Shown piece after piece: positions 34,699-36,436 of a stretch of 36,436 nucleotides of DNA (position 1 is the stretch's first letter; each line of letters opens with the position of its first letter). The notes below the pieces were generated by a model that saw only the letters and a list, made by a program, of their open reading frames with translations, searched no databases and was not told where the DNA came from. The translations under genes and the position numbers were made by a program. Source of the DNA: Pontiella sp. (lineage in GTDB: Bacteria; Verrucomicrobiota; Kiritimatiellia; Kiritimatiellales; Pontiellaceae); the NCBI GenBank assembly GCA_964195195.1, contig CAXMPN010000001.1:2854-39289 (forward strand), written 5' to 3'.

Positions 34699-36135
34699 CT
34701 ATAGCGAGACCGCCCAGCGGAATCCAATAATGTCCTCGTTGTACAGAGGCGCATCATGCTTCCAGTGCTCGTGGTTGAAAATCAGCAGGCTTCCACCCGG
34801 CAACGTCACAGTGGGCCCCCAGGTGAAACGCTCGATGGATGCCCCGCCATAGGCTTCGGAGTTTCTTACATTGTCATAGCGGACGAGCAGGGTGACCTTG
34901 GGTTTGTACCATACTTTTCCCTCGATCTCGGCTACATGACCGGAAAAGCGGCTGTGCACGGTGGGCGTTGTATCCTCCTCGCGTCTTGCATATTCATAGT
35001 ACCCTCGAATTAAATCGCGGTAACGGAGCGTAAGATCCCCGCCGGCCATCATATAGTCCTTCCTCGGGGCATCGGTGGCCTGGAGTTCCCCCGACGCGAA
35101 CGAGCCGCCAATGCGCATCCACGAACTCCCCAGAGCAGCACGACCCCCCAGCGCGGCATTGGAATTGTTGTCGCTGTAACTCCTGCTCGGCGTGAAGCCC
35201 CCCTCCTGAAGACCATTGACGGCATAACCATCCAGTTGAGCCATGAACCGGGCCGGCAAAAGAACGCTCAAGCGCAGATCGACTCCCTCATCCGAATAGG
35301 GCATCGGCAGTACCGGCTCGTAGTAACCGACCCGGCGGCCCATGTTGTACATCAGGGGATTCGTTAGGGTCCGATAAATTCCGGGATGGGCCATGCCCGA
35401 ATAGGCCCCGAAAGGAACGATAAAACGGCCAGCCTTGGCGTCCAGTTCTATATCCGTATCCCGTTCGGCAGAACTGCGGCCCGTCATCAGATGGAGTAAA
35501 TCGGCCGTAAAGCTGCCTTCGACCAGTTCCGCATTCAACCCGCCGCTCCCATCGTCGTGGCACGTGGTGCAGGCCATCACCTGGATGCTGAACGGATTAT
35601 CCTTCGGATGCCATTCCGCACCCACCCAAACGTCCGGGAAGAAGCCTTCGTTCTCCACCTGCTCGCCACCATGCCTCCATAGCACGGATACCGTACCGTT
35701 CACCGTAACGGATGATGCCGCCAGAACATCGCCCACCGAGGGAATCGTCTCGCTACCATGGTCCCCGTCTACCGCCGGACTCAATGAGGTCAGATATTCG
35801 GCAATGGGTTCGATCTCGTTCTCCGGAATGTTCGCGCCGTTCTTTTCCGCCATGCGGCGCACTGTCGCCAGCCAGGCATCGTAGGATTTATGCTTCGAGG
35901 TGGCCCGCTCTGTGTCGTGGCATTGTAAACACGAGTTGAGGAACATCGATTCTCCCAATTCCGGGTGATCGTTGGTGCTGGCGGTTTCCATCCTATGCAG
36001 AAGCGACTCGGTTGATGGGCCAGAGCCATCCTTCAGGTCCAACTGACTGACTGTAGATGCCGCGAAAACCGACAACGTGCTTATCACGGCCGTTGTTATA
36101 AAAAAGTATCCCACCCACATTGATCTTCTGCCCAC
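34699..36135 (-). CDS. c-type cytochrome / outer-membrane beta-barrel fusion protein (two CxxCH)
   Basis: Signal peptide; CLQCH (35917-35931) in a helical class-I-like domain with W..TV.RM; CTTCH (35557-35571); amphipathic strands with GRFIVPFG, YAVNG, DNN...A.GGR, RYD and terminal GFRWAVSL; RBS AAGGAG. Confidence 0.8.
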   Translation of the reverse strand: MGRRSMWVGYFFITTAVISTLSVFAASTVSQLDLKDGSGPSTESLLHRMETASTNDHPELGESMFLNSCLQCHDTERATSKHKSYDAWLATVRRMAEKNGANIPENEIEPIAEYLTSLSPAVDGDHGSETIPSVGDVLAASSVTVNGTVSVLWRHGGEQVENEGFFPDVWVGAEWHPKDNPFSIQVMACTTCHDDGSGGLNAELVEGSFTADLLHLMTGRSSAERDTDIELDAKAGRFIVPFGAYSGMAHPGIYRTLTNPLMYNMGRRVGYYEPVLPMPYSDEGVDLRLSVLLPARFMAQLDGYAVNGLQEGGFTPSRSYSDNNSNAALGGRAALGSSWMRIGGSFASGELQATDAPRKDYMMAGGDLTLRYRDLIRGYYEYARREEDTTPTVHSRFSGHVAEIEGKVWYKPKVTLLVRYDNVRNSEAYGGASIERFTWGPTVTLPGGSLLIFNHEHWKHDAPLYNEDIIGFRWAVSL

Positions 36136-36436
36136 ATCGACTCCTTAGTGTTTGCGAGGTCGTGGAAAGGATAGTCGGAATCGACTGTATTGGCAAGAGT
36201 CTGCAGAAGGATTTGCATATCATCCGCGAATCACTGCAACCTGCCGCATCAGTTCAAGAGCTCGTGATAATCTGCATCACCTGAACAATGAGATACGCTG
36301 TAAAGATTAATTACATGGTTTCCCCGCTGTTATGCCTAACGCTTCGCTTCAGCCATGCAGGGGAAATCCTTGGAGCCATTGTGGATCTGCACACCAGGGG
36401 TACGATTGTATTTGTCCTGCTTGATTCCCCGCACAC

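Noticed and set aside
34699-36135. Calling this protein Cyc2
   Set aside because: It lacks the Cyc2 N-terminal PxFAR(Q/K)(T/Y)...CxxCH...PxL signature and has a larger helical heme domain plus a second CxxCH.

Overview
Bacterial chromosomal window of mostly housekeeping and redox genes, moderately GC-rich. The gene content and the C-terminal 'STNL..W...FFQV' domain suggest a PVC-superphylum organism, possibly Kiritimatiellota or Verrucomicrobiota (inference only). It holds tRNA-Thr(TGT), a rubredoxin-fused flavoprotein, a polysaccharide pyruvyltransferase, Maf, an output-less multi-PAS sensor next to a hybrid histidine kinase, a DtxR/MntR regulator, a DsrL/GltD-like Fe-S flavoprotein coupled to a stand-alone Pta-N-terminal (BioD-like/DRTGG) protein, gltBD, a thioesterase, rsgA, apt, yceI, a frameshifted thioredoxin-like gene, deoB, an ankyrin protein, a GuaD-like deaminase, a cytochrome c-fused PQQ sugar dehydrogenase, a DUF504 protein and alaS. 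No transposase, integrase, phage gene or CRISPR array was seen. Strongest leads: (1) a two-CxxCH cytochrome/outer-membrane beta-barrel fusion facing a secreted blue-copper-like protein (34076-36135), a candidate compact outer-membrane electron conduit; (2) a P-loop kinase fused to a DapA-family aldolase; (3) a possible split sensor/kinase pair sharing helical motifs; (4) non-coding palindromic elements (a GTAG-REP doublet and two 8-9-nt periodic inverted repeats); (5) several apparently leaderless genes; (6) a T-TTT-TTA frameshift just before a CxxC site. All calls come from motif reading; no searches were run.
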